DNA of 53,909 bases, from positions 1-53,909 of the forward strand of contig DASSRG010000143.1 of NCBI GenBank assembly GCA_035701885.1. The letters are read 5' to 3'. A program made the translations under genes and the position numbers. Within the stretch, counting starts at the first letter, position 1. Each line of letters starts with the position of its first letter. This document shows, piece after piece, positions 16,051-25,509 of the stretch. The stretch comes from Candidatus Limnocylindrales bacterium. GTDB taxonomy: Bacteria; Chloroflexota; Limnocylindria; Limnocylindrales; CSP1-4. The notes under the pieces were generated by a model that was not told where the DNA came from, ran no database searches, and worked only from the letters and a program-made list of their open reading frames with translations.

Positions 16051-17133
16051 ATGTACCGCATCGTACCGATTTCGTCTCGCTACGGTGTCGAGGGGCTCGT
16101 GACCAGTCCGGCAATCGCGCCCGATCCCGCCCTCAGCCCGGCCGAGACGCCGGCGAGGAAGCGCCGCCGGTCGCTCCCCGACGAGACGGGCGTGATCGTT
16201 GCGCTGATCGTCCTGGTCGCGATCGTCGGCGTCCTGCGCCCGGCCTTCCTCCAGCCGACGACGCTCCTCCAGCAGCTCTCCGGCGCCGCATTCATCGGAA
16301 TGCTGGCCATCGGGATGGTGTTCGTCGTCGTGATCCGCGACATCGACCTTTCCGTCGGCTGGATGTTCAACTTCTCGGCGGTCATCGCGGCCACGGCGAT
16401 GGTCGCCGGCGTCGACCCGTTCGTCGGGCTGATCATCGGCGTCCTGTTCGGCGGGCTGCTGGGGTTCGTGAACGGCTTCCTGGCGACCCGCCTGCGGATC
16501 CCGGTGATCATCATCACGCTGGGGACGCTGTCGGCCTACCGCGGCCTGTCGCTCGTGGTCAACGAGTCGCGCGCCGTCGTCCCGCCCGACAAGGCGTCGC
16601 TGCTGTTCCAGCTGCTCCAGGTCAAGGTCTTCGGGGTGATCCCGACCGTGGCCATCGTGTTCATGGCGCTGGCGGTGGTGATGCACGTGCTGCTGCACCA
16701 CACCCGGTTCGGGTACCGGGTCCAGGCCATGGGCTCCAACCCCGAGGCGGCCCGCCTCGCGGGCATCCCGATCGAGCGGACGCGAGTCCAGGTGCTCGTC
16801 CTCATGGGGCTGATCGCGGGTCTGACGGGCTCGCTGTTCCTCGGCTTCCGACAGGCCATCGACCCGGTGACGGGCGGTGACTACCTCCTCCCCGTCGTCG
16901 CCGCCGTGATCATCGGCGGGACTCCGCTGTCCGGCGGCCGCGGGACCATCCTCGGGGCCGTCATCGGCGCCCTGATCATCCAGGTCATCACGACGGGGAT
17001 CCTGTTCCTCGGCGTGGACGTGAAGTGGAGCACCTTCGTGACGGGCGCCGTGATCATCGTCGCGGTCGCCGTCGACCAGCTCGTCCGGCGGCAGCGTGAA
17101 CGGCGCCAGCGGACGGTCACCGATGCCCTGTGA
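16051..17133 (+). CDS. ABC transporter permease (RbsC-like, CUT2)
   Basis: IRDIDLSVGWMFN and IIGGTPLSGGRGTILG, with multiple TM segments. The start is uncertain: ATG 16051 or GTG 16099, the latter leaving room for a leader after the predicted promoter/operator. Confidence 0.85.
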   Translation: MYRIVPISSRYGVEGLVTSPAIAPDPALSPAETPARKRRRSLPDETGVIVALIVLVAIVGVLRPAFLQPTTLLQQLSGAAFIGMLAIGMVFVVVIRDIDLSVGWMFNFSAVIAATAMVAGVDPFVGLIIGVLFGGLLGFVNGFLATRLRIPVIIITLGTLSAYRGLSLVVNESRAVVPPDKASLLFQLLQVKVFGVIPTVAIVFMALAVVMHVLLHHTRFGYRVQAMGSNPEAARLAGIPIERTRVQVLVLMGLIAGLTGSLFLGFRQAIDPVTGGDYLLPVVAAVIIGGTPLSGGRGTILGAVIGALIIQVITTGILFLGVDVKWSTFVTGAVIIVAVAVDQLVRRQRERRQRTVTDAL

Positions 17134-17235
17134 GGGAGCGAGGACCGGGCGGCCTGCCACGGCAGCGCACGGACCGGCGGGAGATTCCCGGCGGCGGATC
17201 CCGGACGCTCGCGAGACGAGGAGGAGCCTGAACCC

Positions 17236-18405
17236 GTGAACAGACGCAGATTGCTTGCATTCCCGGCCGTGGTCGCGATCGTCGTCGCGGCGTGCGGCGG
17301 CTCCGCAGCCTCGAGCGCGCCGTCCGCGGCCGCCCCGAGCCAGGAGGCCGTCGCCAGCGAGGCGCCGGCGTCCTCGGCGCCGGCCAGCGCGGATCCCAAT
17401 GCCGAACGGATCAAGCTCGGGTTCGTGACCCACGTCATCGGCAACCCGTTCATCCAGCAGATCATCGACGGCGCCAACGCTGCCGCGGCGGACCTGAATG
17501 TCGACCTCCAGGTCACCGGACCCGAGGGTGGCGATGCCGACGCGCAGCTCAAGGCCGTCCAGAGCCTCGTCGCCGCGGGCGCACAGGGCATCGCGACATC
17601 GGTGCCGGGCGAGTCGATGGCCACGGGCCTCAACGACATCGTCGATTCCGGTGTCCCGATCGTCCAGTTCAACCTGCTCGTCGACAGCGTCAAGGCGCCC
17701 TACGTCGGCGAGCGGTCGGTCGAGTCGGGCCGCATCCTCGGCGCGAAGGTCCTGGAGAAGCTGGGTGGCGAGAGCGCGACCGGCAAGGTGATCCTCGGCA
17801 ACTGCTTCCCCGGCTTCCCCGTGCTCGAGAACCGGGCCAAGGGCGCGACCGAGTCACTGAAGAAGGCCGCCGGGATCGAGATTCTCGGCCCCTTCGACGT
17901 CAAGGTCGCCGCCAACGAGAACTACGCCGCCTGGGAGGCGCTGCTCGCGGCGAACCCGGACGCGAAGGCCCTCGTCGGCCTGTGCGCCCCGGACATCGCG
18001 AGCCTCGGCAAGCTCCAGGCCGCCAACGCGGACAAGCCGTTCGTGTCCGGCGGCTACGACCTGACGGCCGAGAACCTCGCCGAGATCAAGGCCGGCAACG
18101 CGTACGTCAGCCTCGGCCAGACGCCGTTCATGCAGGGCTACCTGCCGGTGAAGATGCTGGCCGACACCGTCCGCAAGAACACCACCGTCGACCTCTCCCA
18201 GGGCGGCTTCCTCGACGCCGGCACGGAGATCGTGACGGCCGACAGTGTCACCGAGCCCTACAACCTCCCGCCGCTGACCTTCGCCGAGCTCGAGGCCCTC
18301 GCGGCGTCGCCCGAGAAGACCAAGGAGTACTACCAGCCGCTCATCGAGAACCAGATCGCGAACTGGACCTCGCTCGTCGAGCCCATCGCGAACGAGTCCA
18401 AGTAG
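17236..18405 (+). CDS. sugar ABC transporter substrate-binding lipoprotein
   Basis: GTG 17236 with GAGGAGGAG upstream. Signal peptide plus lipobox IVVAAC and an Ala/Ser/Pro/Glu linker. Body resembles a type I sugar-binding protein. Confidence 0.85.
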   Translation: MNRRRLLAFPAVVAIVVAACGGSAASSAPSAAAPSQEAVASEAPASSAPASADPNAERIKLGFVTHVIGNPFIQQIIDGANAAAADLNVDLQVTGPEGGDADAQLKAVQSLVAAGAQGIATSVPGESMATGLNDIVDSGVPIVQFNLLVDSVKAPYVGERSVESGRILGAKVLEKLGGESATGKVILGNCFPGFPVLENRAKGATESLKKAAGIEILGPFDVKVAANENYAAWEALLAANPDAKALVGLCAPDIASLGKLQAANADKPFVSGGYDLTAENLAEIKAGNAYVSLGQTPFMQGYLPVKMLADTVRKNTTVDLSQGGFLDAGTEIVTADSVTEPYNLPPLTFAELEALAASPEKTKEYYQPLIENQIANWTSLVEPIANESK

Positions 18406-18435
18406 GCCCGGCGACGGGCTGACCGAAGGCGCGCC

Positions 18436-20070
18436 GTGACGCTGACACACCGCGCCGAGCCGATGACCGGGGACGGGCCTCGCCCGTCCCCGACCGCGGC
18501 ACCCCTCATCGAGGTCGCCGGGCTGCGCAAGCAGTACGGCGGCATCGTCGCGCTGGACGGCGTCGACCTGGTCGTCCGGGCAGGCACGATCCACGCGATC
18601 GTCGGCGAGAACGGCGCCGGCAAGTCGACCCTGATGAAGGCGCTGGCGGGCGCCGTCCGGCCGGACACCGGGGAGATTCGCGTCCGTGGCAGCGCCGTGG
18701 ACCTCGCGACGCCGATGGTGGCGAGGCGCCACGGGATCGGCATCGTCTACCAGGAGCTGAGCCTCTTCCCTGAGCGCTCGATCCTCGCCAACCTGTTCGT
18801 CGACCAGGAGCCGACGCGCTTCGGGCTGGTCGATACGGCCGCCATGGTCGCGCGCGCCGCTCCCGTGCTCGCCCGGATGGGCCTCGACGTCGACCCATCG
18901 ACCCCCGTCCGACTTCTCGGGATCGGGGAGCGTCAGCTCGTCGAGCTGAGCCGGCTCCTGGTCGAGCGACCCGACGTCCTGATCCTCGACGAGCCCAACT
19001 CCGCGCTGAACGAACGTGAGACGACCCGCCTGTTCGCGATCCTGCGCGAGCTGTCGGCCGCCGGGATCACGGTGCTCTACGTCTCCCACCGCCTGGAGGA
19101 GGTGTTCGCGATCGCCGACCGGATCACGGTCGTGCGAAACGGCCGCGCGGTATTCGAGGAGGCACGTGACGCGACGTCGATCCCCGAGGTCGTGCGCCAC
19201 ATGATCGGCACCACGCAGGAGCACCTGTTCCCGCCGCGGCCCGACACGTCCCTGGCACCGGCCACCGGCGCCCGCGCGCGCGGCATCGAGGTCCGCGACG
19301 TCGTCGTGGAGGGCGAGCTCCACGGCATCACCTTCACCGCACGCCCCGGCGAGATCATCGGGCTGGCGGGTCTCGAGGGCGCGGGCGTCGCGACGCTGCT
19401 GGGCGTCCTGTTCGGCACTCGCCGGGCCACCAGCGGCTCGATCACGTTCCCCGACGGCGGCTCCGCGCCGGCCTCGCCGACTGATGCCGCGCGGCGCCGG
19501 ATCGGACTCGTGCCAGCGGATCGGCGGAACGTGGGCCTCATGCTCGACTCGTCCATCGCGCGGAACATCGCGCACGTCACGGTCGGGGCGCTCGCCTCGC
19601 GCACGCCGTGGCTCCGTCGCTCGGAGCTCGCGGCGCCCGCGATGCGCCAGATCGCGAACCTCCAGATCAGGGCGGACGGGCCGGGCATGCCCGTCGGACA
19701 GCTGTCCGGTGGCAACCAGCAGAAGGTCGTCGTCGGCAAGTGGCTGGAGATCGCCCCGGGGGTGATGCTCCTCGACGATCCGACGCGCGGCGTCGACGTG
19801 GGCGCGAAGCGGGAGATCTACCTCCTCGTCCGGCGCCTCGCCGCCGAGGGCCGCATCGTGCTGTTCCGCTCGACCGAGCTGCCCGAGCTCGCCGGCCTCG
19901 CCGACCGCGTCCTCGTGTTCTACCGCGGCAGGCTCGCCGGGGAGGCACCGGGCGAGGACCTCGACGAGCGAACCCTGCTCCACGCCATCAACACGGGTGA
20001 GCTGCCGGCCGGCACGTCCCCGGCGGTCAGCGAGCCCCCATCCCCGCTCGACAAGGAGGACACCCGATGA
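18436..20070 (+). CDS. sugar ABC transporter ATP-binding protein (two fused NBDs)
   Basis: Walker A GENGAGKST. Second-half LSGGNQQK and LLDDPTRGVD. ATG 18463 is an alternative start. Confidence 0.9.
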   Translation: MTLTHRAEPMTGDGPRPSPTAAPLIEVAGLRKQYGGIVALDGVDLVVRAGTIHAIVGENGAGKSTLMKALAGAVRPDTGEIRVRGSAVDLATPMVARRHGIGIVYQELSLFPERSILANLFVDQEPTRFGLVDTAAMVARAAPVLARMGLDVDPSTPVRLLGIGERQLVELSRLLVERPDVLILDEPNSALNERETTRLFAILRELSAAGITVLYVSHRLEEVFAIADRITVVRNGRAVFEEARDATSIPEVVRHMIGTTQEHLFPPRPDTSLAPATGARARGIEVRDVVVEGELHGITFTARPGEIIGLAGLEGAGVATLLGVLFGTRRATSGSITFPDGGSAPASPTDAARRRIGLVPADRRNVGLMLDSSIARNIAHVTVGALASRTPWLRRSELAAPAMRQIANLQIRADGPGMPVGQLSGGNQQKVVVGKWLEIAPGVMLLDDPTRGVDVGAKREIYLLVRRLAAEGRIVLFRSTELPELAGLADRVLVFYRGRLAGEAPGEDLDERTLLHAINTGELPAGTSPAVSEPPSPLDKEDTR

Positions 20071-20390
20071 TCCGGCGCGCGTTCACGATGCGGCTGAAGC
20101 CCGGCGGGCTCGCCGAGTACAAGCGCAACCACGACAACATCTGGCCCGAGCTGGTTGCCCAGATCGAGAAGGACGGGATCGCCCAGATCACGATCTTCGA
20201 GAAGGACCCGGTGCTGTTCCTGTACTCCGAGATCCGTGACGAGGAGGCCTGGGATCGCCTGTGGCACTCGGAGATCCACGACAAGTGGGGCGCGATCATG
20301 GACCCGCTGATGGAGTTCAACGAGGACGGGATCGTGGACTCGAGCCCGGTCAACGAGGTGTTCCACCTCGAGACCGGCGCGAAGGGCTAG
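20067..20390 (+). CDS. rhaM: L-rhamnose mutarotase family protein
   Basis: 107 aa. RRAFTMRLKPGGLAEYKRNHDNIWPEL is the typical RhaM N-terminus. ATGA overlap with the ATPase stop. Confidence 0.8.
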   Translation: MIRRAFTMRLKPGGLAEYKRNHDNIWPELVAQIEKDGIAQITIFEKDPVLFLYSEIRDEEAWDRLWHSEIHDKWGAIMDPLMEFNEDGIVDSSPVNEVFHLETGAKG

Positions 20391-20394
20391 CGTC

Positions 20395-21222
20395 ATGGCT
20401 GACCAGGCGGGCCGCATCGCCGTCGTGACGGGCGGGGGCCGAGGTCTCGGCCGCGGGGCGGCGCTCGGCCTCGCCGCCGCCGGTGCAACCGTCGTCGCGG
20501 TCGCGCGAAGCGAGGCGCAGCTCGAGGAGACCCGGTCGCTCGCGGACGACGCCGCCGGGCGCGTCATCCCGATGGCGGCCGACGTCTCGGACGTCGACGC
20601 CGTGATGGCACTGGGCGACCGCGTCCGTGCCGAGGTCGGGGTGCCGACGATCCTCGTCAACGCCGCCGGCATCTTCGGGCCGATCGCCCTGATCCACGAG
20701 ACGGACCCGCACGAGTGGGTCCGGACCGTCCTCATCGACGGCATCGCGCCGTACCTCACCACCCGGGCGTTCCTCGCCGGGATGCTGGACGAGGGCTGGG
20801 GCCGCATCGTCAACATCACGTCCGCGGCGTCGCTCCACCCGCCCGGAGCGCTCAACAGCGCCTACGGCACCGCGAAGGTGGCGCTCAACCAGTTCACCCG
20901 GCACCTCGCCGCGGAGATCGCCGGCAGCGGCGTGACCGCGAACGTCATCCACCCGGGCGACGTGCGGACGGACATGTGGGCCGACATCCGGGACAAGGCG
21001 GCCGGGATGGGCCCGATCGCCGAAAACTACGCGGGCTGGGCGCAGTGGGTCGACGAGACCGGCGGCGACCCGCCGCACAAGGCGGTCGACCTCATCCTCC
21101 GCCTGACCTCGGATGCGGGCGGCGAGATCAACGGCGAGTTCAACTGGATCGACGACCCGCTGCAGGCGCCGATCCCGTCCTGGGACAAGCCAAGCGACGC
21201 GCGGCCCTGGCTCAAGGACTGA
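20395..21222 (+). CDS. SDR family oxidoreductase
   Basis: VTGGGRGLGRG and YGTAK. 275 aa with a ~60-aa C-terminal extension beyond the SDR core. Confidence 0.85.
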   Translation: MADQAGRIAVVTGGGRGLGRGAALGLAAAGATVVAVARSEAQLEETRSLADDAAGRVIPMAADVSDVDAVMALGDRVRAEVGVPTILVNAAGIFGPIALIHETDPHEWVRTVLIDGIAPYLTTRAFLAGMLDEGWGRIVNITSAASLHPPGALNSAYGTAKVALNQFTRHLAAEIAGSGVTANVIHPGDVRTDMWADIRDKAAGMGPIAENYAGWAQWVDETGGDPPHKAVDLILRLTSDAGGEINGEFNWIDDPLQAPIPSWDKPSDARPWLKD

Positions 21223-21310
21223 CCCAATCCAGCCGCGGCCGGCTGCCGGCCGGCCGCGGCGTTCCGCACACATCGCACCGGGGGACGACCGCCGGGCGTG
21301 AGGAGGGACG

Positions 21311-22336
21311 ATGGACCCGACCGCGACGCGCGAGATCGGTCACACCGGGGTCGCGGTGACCCAGCTCGGCTTCGGCGGTGCGTCGATCGGCGAGCTCAAC
21401 GCGATCATCGACGAGATCGAGGCGATCACCGCGGTCCGGACCGCGTGGGACGCCGGGATCCGGTACTTCGACACCGCACCGTGGTACGGCCGCGGGCTGT
21501 CCGAGCTGCGAACGGGCGCCGGCCTCCGCGGCAAGCCCCGCGACGAGTTCGTGCTGTCGACCAAGATCGGTCGCTGGCTCCGCGCGCCGGGCCGGCCCGA
21601 GCGGTTCGAGCGAGCCCCGTGGACGGGCGGCAACACGATGGAGGTCGTGTTCGACTACTCGTACGACGGGATCATGCGCGCGTACGAGCAGAGCCAGCTG
21701 CGGCTCGGGCTCACGCGCTACGACATGGCGGTCATCCACGACCTCGACAGCCTGTACCACGGCACCGGCGCGAAGCGCGAGTTCTACCTCGGGCAGCTGG
21801 CCGGGTCCGGCTGGCGGGCGATCCACGAGCTGCGCCAGGCGGGCCAGATCCGGGCGATCGGCGCCGGCGTCAACGAACGCGGCATGATCACCCGGTTCCT
21901 GGAGCTGCTCGACCTCGACTTCTTCCTGATCGCGATGCCCTACACCCTGCTCCACCAGGAGATCCTCGACGACGAGTTCCCGCTCGCGGCCTCGCGCGGC
22001 TGCTCGTTCGTCATCGGCGCGCCGTTCCAGAGCGGGATCCTCGCGACCGGCGCGGTGCCCGGGGCGCACTACAACTACGCGCCGGCGCCGGACGACGTCC
22101 TGGAGCGGGTCTCCCGGATCGAGGCCGTGTGCGCACGCCACGGCGTGCCGATCGCGGCGGCGGCGCTCCAGTTCCCACTCGGACACCCGAACGTCGCGTC
22201 GGTGATCCCCGGTGCCGCGAGCGCGGCCCAGTCGCGGCGCAACGTCGAGACCTTCTCGCACCCGATCCCGGCCGACCTGTGGTCGGAGCTGCGGGCGGAG
22301 GGCCTCATCCGCGAGGACGCGCCGGTGCCCGCGTGA
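21311..22336 (+). CDS. aldo/keto reductase (D-threo-aldose / L-fucose 1-dehydrogenase-like)
   Basis: DTAPWYGRGLSE and an AKR-like layout, 341 aa. From memory it resembles AKR-type aldose 1-dehydrogenases. Substrate not established. Confidence 0.7.
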   Translation: MDPTATREIGHTGVAVTQLGFGGASIGELNAIIDEIEAITAVRTAWDAGIRYFDTAPWYGRGLSELRTGAGLRGKPRDEFVLSTKIGRWLRAPGRPERFERAPWTGGNTMEVVFDYSYDGIMRAYEQSQLRLGLTRYDMAVIHDLDSLYHGTGAKREFYLGQLAGSGWRAIHELRQAGQIRAIGAGVNERGMITRFLELLDLDFFLIAMPYTLLHQEILDDEFPLAASRGCSFVIGAPFQSGILATGAVPGAHYNYAPAPDDVLERVSRIEAVCARHGVPIAAAALQFPLGHPNVASVIPGAASAAQSRRNVETFSHPIPADLWSELRAEGLIREDAPVPA

Positions 22337-22779
22337 CACGTGCGTCGCTCACCGCCGGCGACCTGGTCGGGACCTGGCGCCTGCTGTCCTGGACGTCGGC
22401 CGGCGACGACGGCGTCCAGCACCCGATGGGCAACCCGCCCGAAGGCATCCTCGTCTACACGCCGGGCGGGACGATGATCACGACGATCGGGCGCAGGGGC
22501 CGCTCCCCCATCGACGGCGGCGACATGCTCGGCGGACCGGACGAGCAGCGGCTCGAGGCGTTCACGTCGTTCATCGCCTACTCCGGAACGTTCACGGTGG
22601 AGGGCGAGGACGTCGTCCACGACGTGACGATGAGCCTGTTCCCGAACTGGGTCGGCACCCGGCAGGTCCGCCACGTGACGCTCGAGGACGACGGCCGGAC
22701 GCTCGAGCTGTCCACGGACCCGTTCGTCCTCCGCGGCCGACTGAGCGTGCAGCGGCTCCGCTGGGAGCGCGTGCCTTAG
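22333..22779 (+). CDS. lipocalin-like domain protein
   Basis: GTG 22333 (GTGA overlap with the AKR stop) inside ORF 21298..22779. LVGTWRLLSWTS...GILVYTPGGTM matches the pattern of bacterial lipocalin-like domain proteins. Confidence 0.6.
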   Translation: MTRASLTAGDLVGTWRLLSWTSAGDDGVQHPMGNPPEGILVYTPGGTMITTIGRRGRSPIDGGDMLGGPDEQRLEAFTSFIAYSGTFTVEGEDVVHDVTMSLFPNWVGTRQVRHVTLEDDGRTLELSTDPFVLRGRLSVQRLRWERVP

Positions 22780-22792
22780 CCTCGGACGGCGG

Positions 22793-24073
22793 TCACGCCT
22801 CGTCGACGTGTGGCGCGAGGACCGCGGCGCGGACGGCCTCGGGGTCGCGCGGCGTGAACGCCAGCTGCTGCGGTCGCCAGGCGCGCGAGACGAACCCCAT
22901 CGAGCGAGGCGCAGTCGCGCCCGGAGCCGGCGCCAGATCGGGGAACGCGGCGAACAGACCCACCACCGCCTCGGTGACCTCGACGCGGGCGACGTGCGAG
23001 CCCGCGCAGTGCCGGGGCCCGACGTTGAACGCGAGGTGGCCGTACATCCGCGGCCGGTTGGGCACGAACGCCGCCGCGTCGTCGCCCCAGCGGAGCGGGT
23101 CTCGGTTCGCCGCCGCGTTCACCGCGATCACCCGCTCGCCGGCGCCGATCCGCACGCCCTCGACCTCGGTATCCCGGGTGGCACGGCGGGCGCGGAGGTG
23201 GACGACCGTCGTGTGGCGGAGCGTCTCCTCCATGAACGGGTTGAGCGTGGGACAGGAGGCGGTCCAGGCCACCCGCTCGTCCGCGGGCAGCGCGAGCAGG
23301 TGGTGGACGACGTTGCACACCAGGAACGCGGTCGTCTCCGAGCCGCCCTCGAACAGGAACTTCGCGTTGTCCAGGACGTCGCGCTCGCCCCAGTCGAGGA
23401 AGCGCTCGCGACCCGCGGCCCACAGCAGCGAGATCGTGTCGTCGCGCGGGTTGTCGCGGCGGTCGCGGACGGTGTCGAGGAGCGCCGGCTCGAGCGCCTT
23501 CGACGCCTCGATCGCCGCCTGGAGCAGCGTCGGGTCCTCGCCGTACGTGTGGCGCCAGGCGAGCACGCTCTCCATCCACGTGCGCGCCTGGTCCAGCGTC
23601 TGGAGGTCCGCGGGCGGCAGGCCGAGCACCTCCGCGATCACCGATATCGGCAGCAGCCGCGCGAAGTCGGCGTACAGCTCCATCTCTCCGCGCACCGCGA
23701 GCCCGGCGAGCCGCGTCGCCACCAGCGGCCGGACGAGCCCGGGCCCGTAGGGGCGGACCGGCTCCGGACGCCAGGAGTGCGAGAGCGGCCGGTGGATCGC
23801 GTCGTGGTCGTCGCCCACGAGCGAGCGGATGTCGCGCACCCCGACGATCTGCTCGGCTCCCGGCAGCCCGGCGGTCGGCTCGGCGAACAGCTCCTCGTTT
23901 CGCTCCACGAACGTGCAGCCGGCGTGGGTCAGCACGAGCCACGCGCGCATCCCCTCGTCCCACACCACGGGGCCGGCCTCGCGCAGCCGCTCGTACAGCG
24001 GGTACGGATCGACGTCGCGATAGTCGGCCAGCGTCTCCGCAGCAGTCGGCCGGGTCGACAGGGACGTGCTCAT
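22793..24073 (-). CDS. cytochrome P450
   Basis: ATG 24073 inside ORF 22793..24628. Heme loop FNVGPRHCAGSHVAR, K-helix EETLRH and I-helix EGGSETTA. ATGA overlap with the upstream isomerase-like gene. Confidence 0.9.
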   Translation of the reverse strand: MSTSLSTRPTAAETLADYRDVDPYPLYERLREAGPVVWDEGMRAWLVLTHAGCTFVERNEELFAEPTAGLPGAEQIVGVRDIRSLVGDDHDAIHRPLSHSWRPEPVRPYGPGLVRPLVATRLAGLAVRGEMELYADFARLLPISVIAEVLGLPPADLQTLDQARTWMESVLAWRHTYGEDPTLLQAAIEASKALEPALLDTVRDRRDNPRDDTISLLWAAGRERFLDWGERDVLDNAKFLFEGGSETTAFLVCNVVHHLLALPADERVAWTASCPTLNPFMEETLRHTTVVHLRARRATRDTEVEGVRIGAGERVIAVNAAANRDPLRWGDDAAAFVPNRPRMYGHLAFNVGPRHCAGSHVARVEVTEAVVGLFAAFPDLAPAPGATAPRSMGFVSRAWRPQQLAFTPRDPEAVRAAVLAPHVDEA

Positions 24074-25497
24074 ACGATGACTGCCTCGATGCCCAGGTGG
24101 CGCGCGACCGTGGCCACGTCGCCGGAGAGGTCGCCCGGGGTCGCCGAGCTGTGATGGTTGACGCCGGCGCTCGCCCAGCGGGCCCAGGCATCCTCGACCG
24201 GGCCGTCCCGGAACCGGAACGCGCCGTTGACGGTCCCGGTCTCCGGGAACCGTCGTTCGGTGAGCTCGCCACGCGCCGCCACGAGCCGGAACCCGCCGCG
24301 GGCGTCCGGGTGCGGCGTGAACCCGACGAGCGTCGCCGGGCCGGCCGCGGGCTCGAGCACGGCGCACACCCCGCAGTGCGGGTCCTTGCCGCAGAACCAG
24401 CCGTTGCGACGGAGCCGCGGCCGCTCCCCCGGCGCGAGCCAGGCGAGGTCGTGCTCGCCGCTGTTGGCGATGACGACCTCGCCGGTCGCGTAGTCGATCG
24501 CCTCGATCTCGTGGTACACGGCCGCCCCGCCGAGCCGCTTCGTGACGAGCATCGCGACCGCCGTCAGGATGTCGCCCGTGCAGGTCCACGGCACGCCTGC
24601 CGTCGTCGACCTGCCGAGCGCCCAGCACGGCGCGATGCCGATGGGCTCGCCGAAGCGGAACTGCGGGACGTGGCAGTTGAACGCACCGGCGTCCAGCCGA
24701 TGGTCCGCGACGAGGTCCTCGAGCGCGACCGCCGCCCGGAGCGATCGCGCGAGGCTGTCGCCATCGTCGACGTCGTCCTCGAGCGTCCAGCCCGCGCGAA
24801 CCTCGGCGTCGAGCGCCGCGACGCGCGCCTCATCGACAGCTCGATACCGTTCCACGAGCTCGTCCGGCTCGATGCGGACGACCTCGATCCCCGTCCCCGC
24901 GCGCAGCTCGTCATCCGGCACGTCGACGTGGAGATAGCCGGGCAGCGGGACGCCCACCCGCCCGAGACGCGATCGGCCGATGCGCCGGGCGACGGCCGCG
25001 AGCCGGACGGCGTGCCGCACCCGCGCGACGGTCTCCGCGTCCGAGAGGCGGCCGAGCAGGAGGTCGAACGGCCGCCCCTGGCGGCCGAGGATGTTCGACA
25101 GCATCGGCGCGCCGACGGTCGCCCCCTGGGTCGTGATCCCGCCGTGGTCGAACGAGCCGTCGACGAGCCCGGTCTCGTGGGCCGCCCAGACGACGACGGG
25201 GACGCCGTCCAGCGCCTCGATCAGCGCGAGCGCGTACGCGGACGGCGCCGCCATCGTCTGGACGACCAGCAGCACGTCGATGCCCGCGTCGCGGTACCTC
25301 GGCGCGAGCGCGGCCGCCTCCTCGGTCGACGCGAAGTCGTCGACGCCGACGATCTCCAGCCCGTCACCGAGCGCCGTGGCCACCCGCCGCGCGAGGTCGA
25401 GGCGGTCGGCGCGAAACGTGGGCCCCGCCGTGTGCTCCCACAGCGTCCAGTACGGGTGGACGACGGCCACGCGCGGGCTGACCGGGGCCATCGCCAT
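24070..25497 (-). CDS. L-fucose/L-arabinose isomerase-like protein (tentative)
   Basis: 475 aa. The N-terminal alpha/beta part (VAVVHPYWTLWE ... VLLVVQTMAAPS ... VVVWAAHE) and the C-terminal part with Glu/His clusters (ANSGEHD, VNHHSS) resemble the AraA/FucI-related family as I recall it. Not verified. Confidence 0.45.
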   Translation of the reverse strand: MAMAPVSPRVAVVHPYWTLWEHTAGPTFRADRLDLARRVATALGDGLEIVGVDDFASTEEAAALAPRYRDAGIDVLLVVQTMAAPSAYALALIEALDGVPVVVWAAHETGLVDGSFDHGGITTQGATVGAPMLSNILGRQGRPFDLLLGRLSDAETVARVRHAVRLAAVARRIGRSRLGRVGVPLPGYLHVDVPDDELRAGTGIEVVRIEPDELVERYRAVDEARVAALDAEVRAGWTLEDDVDDGDSLARSLRAAVALEDLVADHRLDAGAFNCHVPQFRFGEPIGIAPCWALGRSTTAGVPWTCTGDILTAVAMLVTKRLGGAAVYHEIEAIDYATGEVVIANSGEHDLAWLAPGERPRLRRNGWFCGKDPHCGVCAVLEPAAGPATLVGFTPHPDARGGFRLVAARGELTERRFPETGTVNGAFRFRDGPVEDAWARWASAGVNHHSSATPGDLSGDVATVARHLGIEAVIV

Positions 25498-25509
25498 CAG
25501 CGGGCCGGG

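Noticed and set aside
17854-19983. 709-aa minus-strand ORF antisense to the SBP and ATPase genes
   Set aside because: Same reason: Arg/Asp/Gly/Pro-rich, with no domain signature. It overlaps genes that have strong motif evidence.
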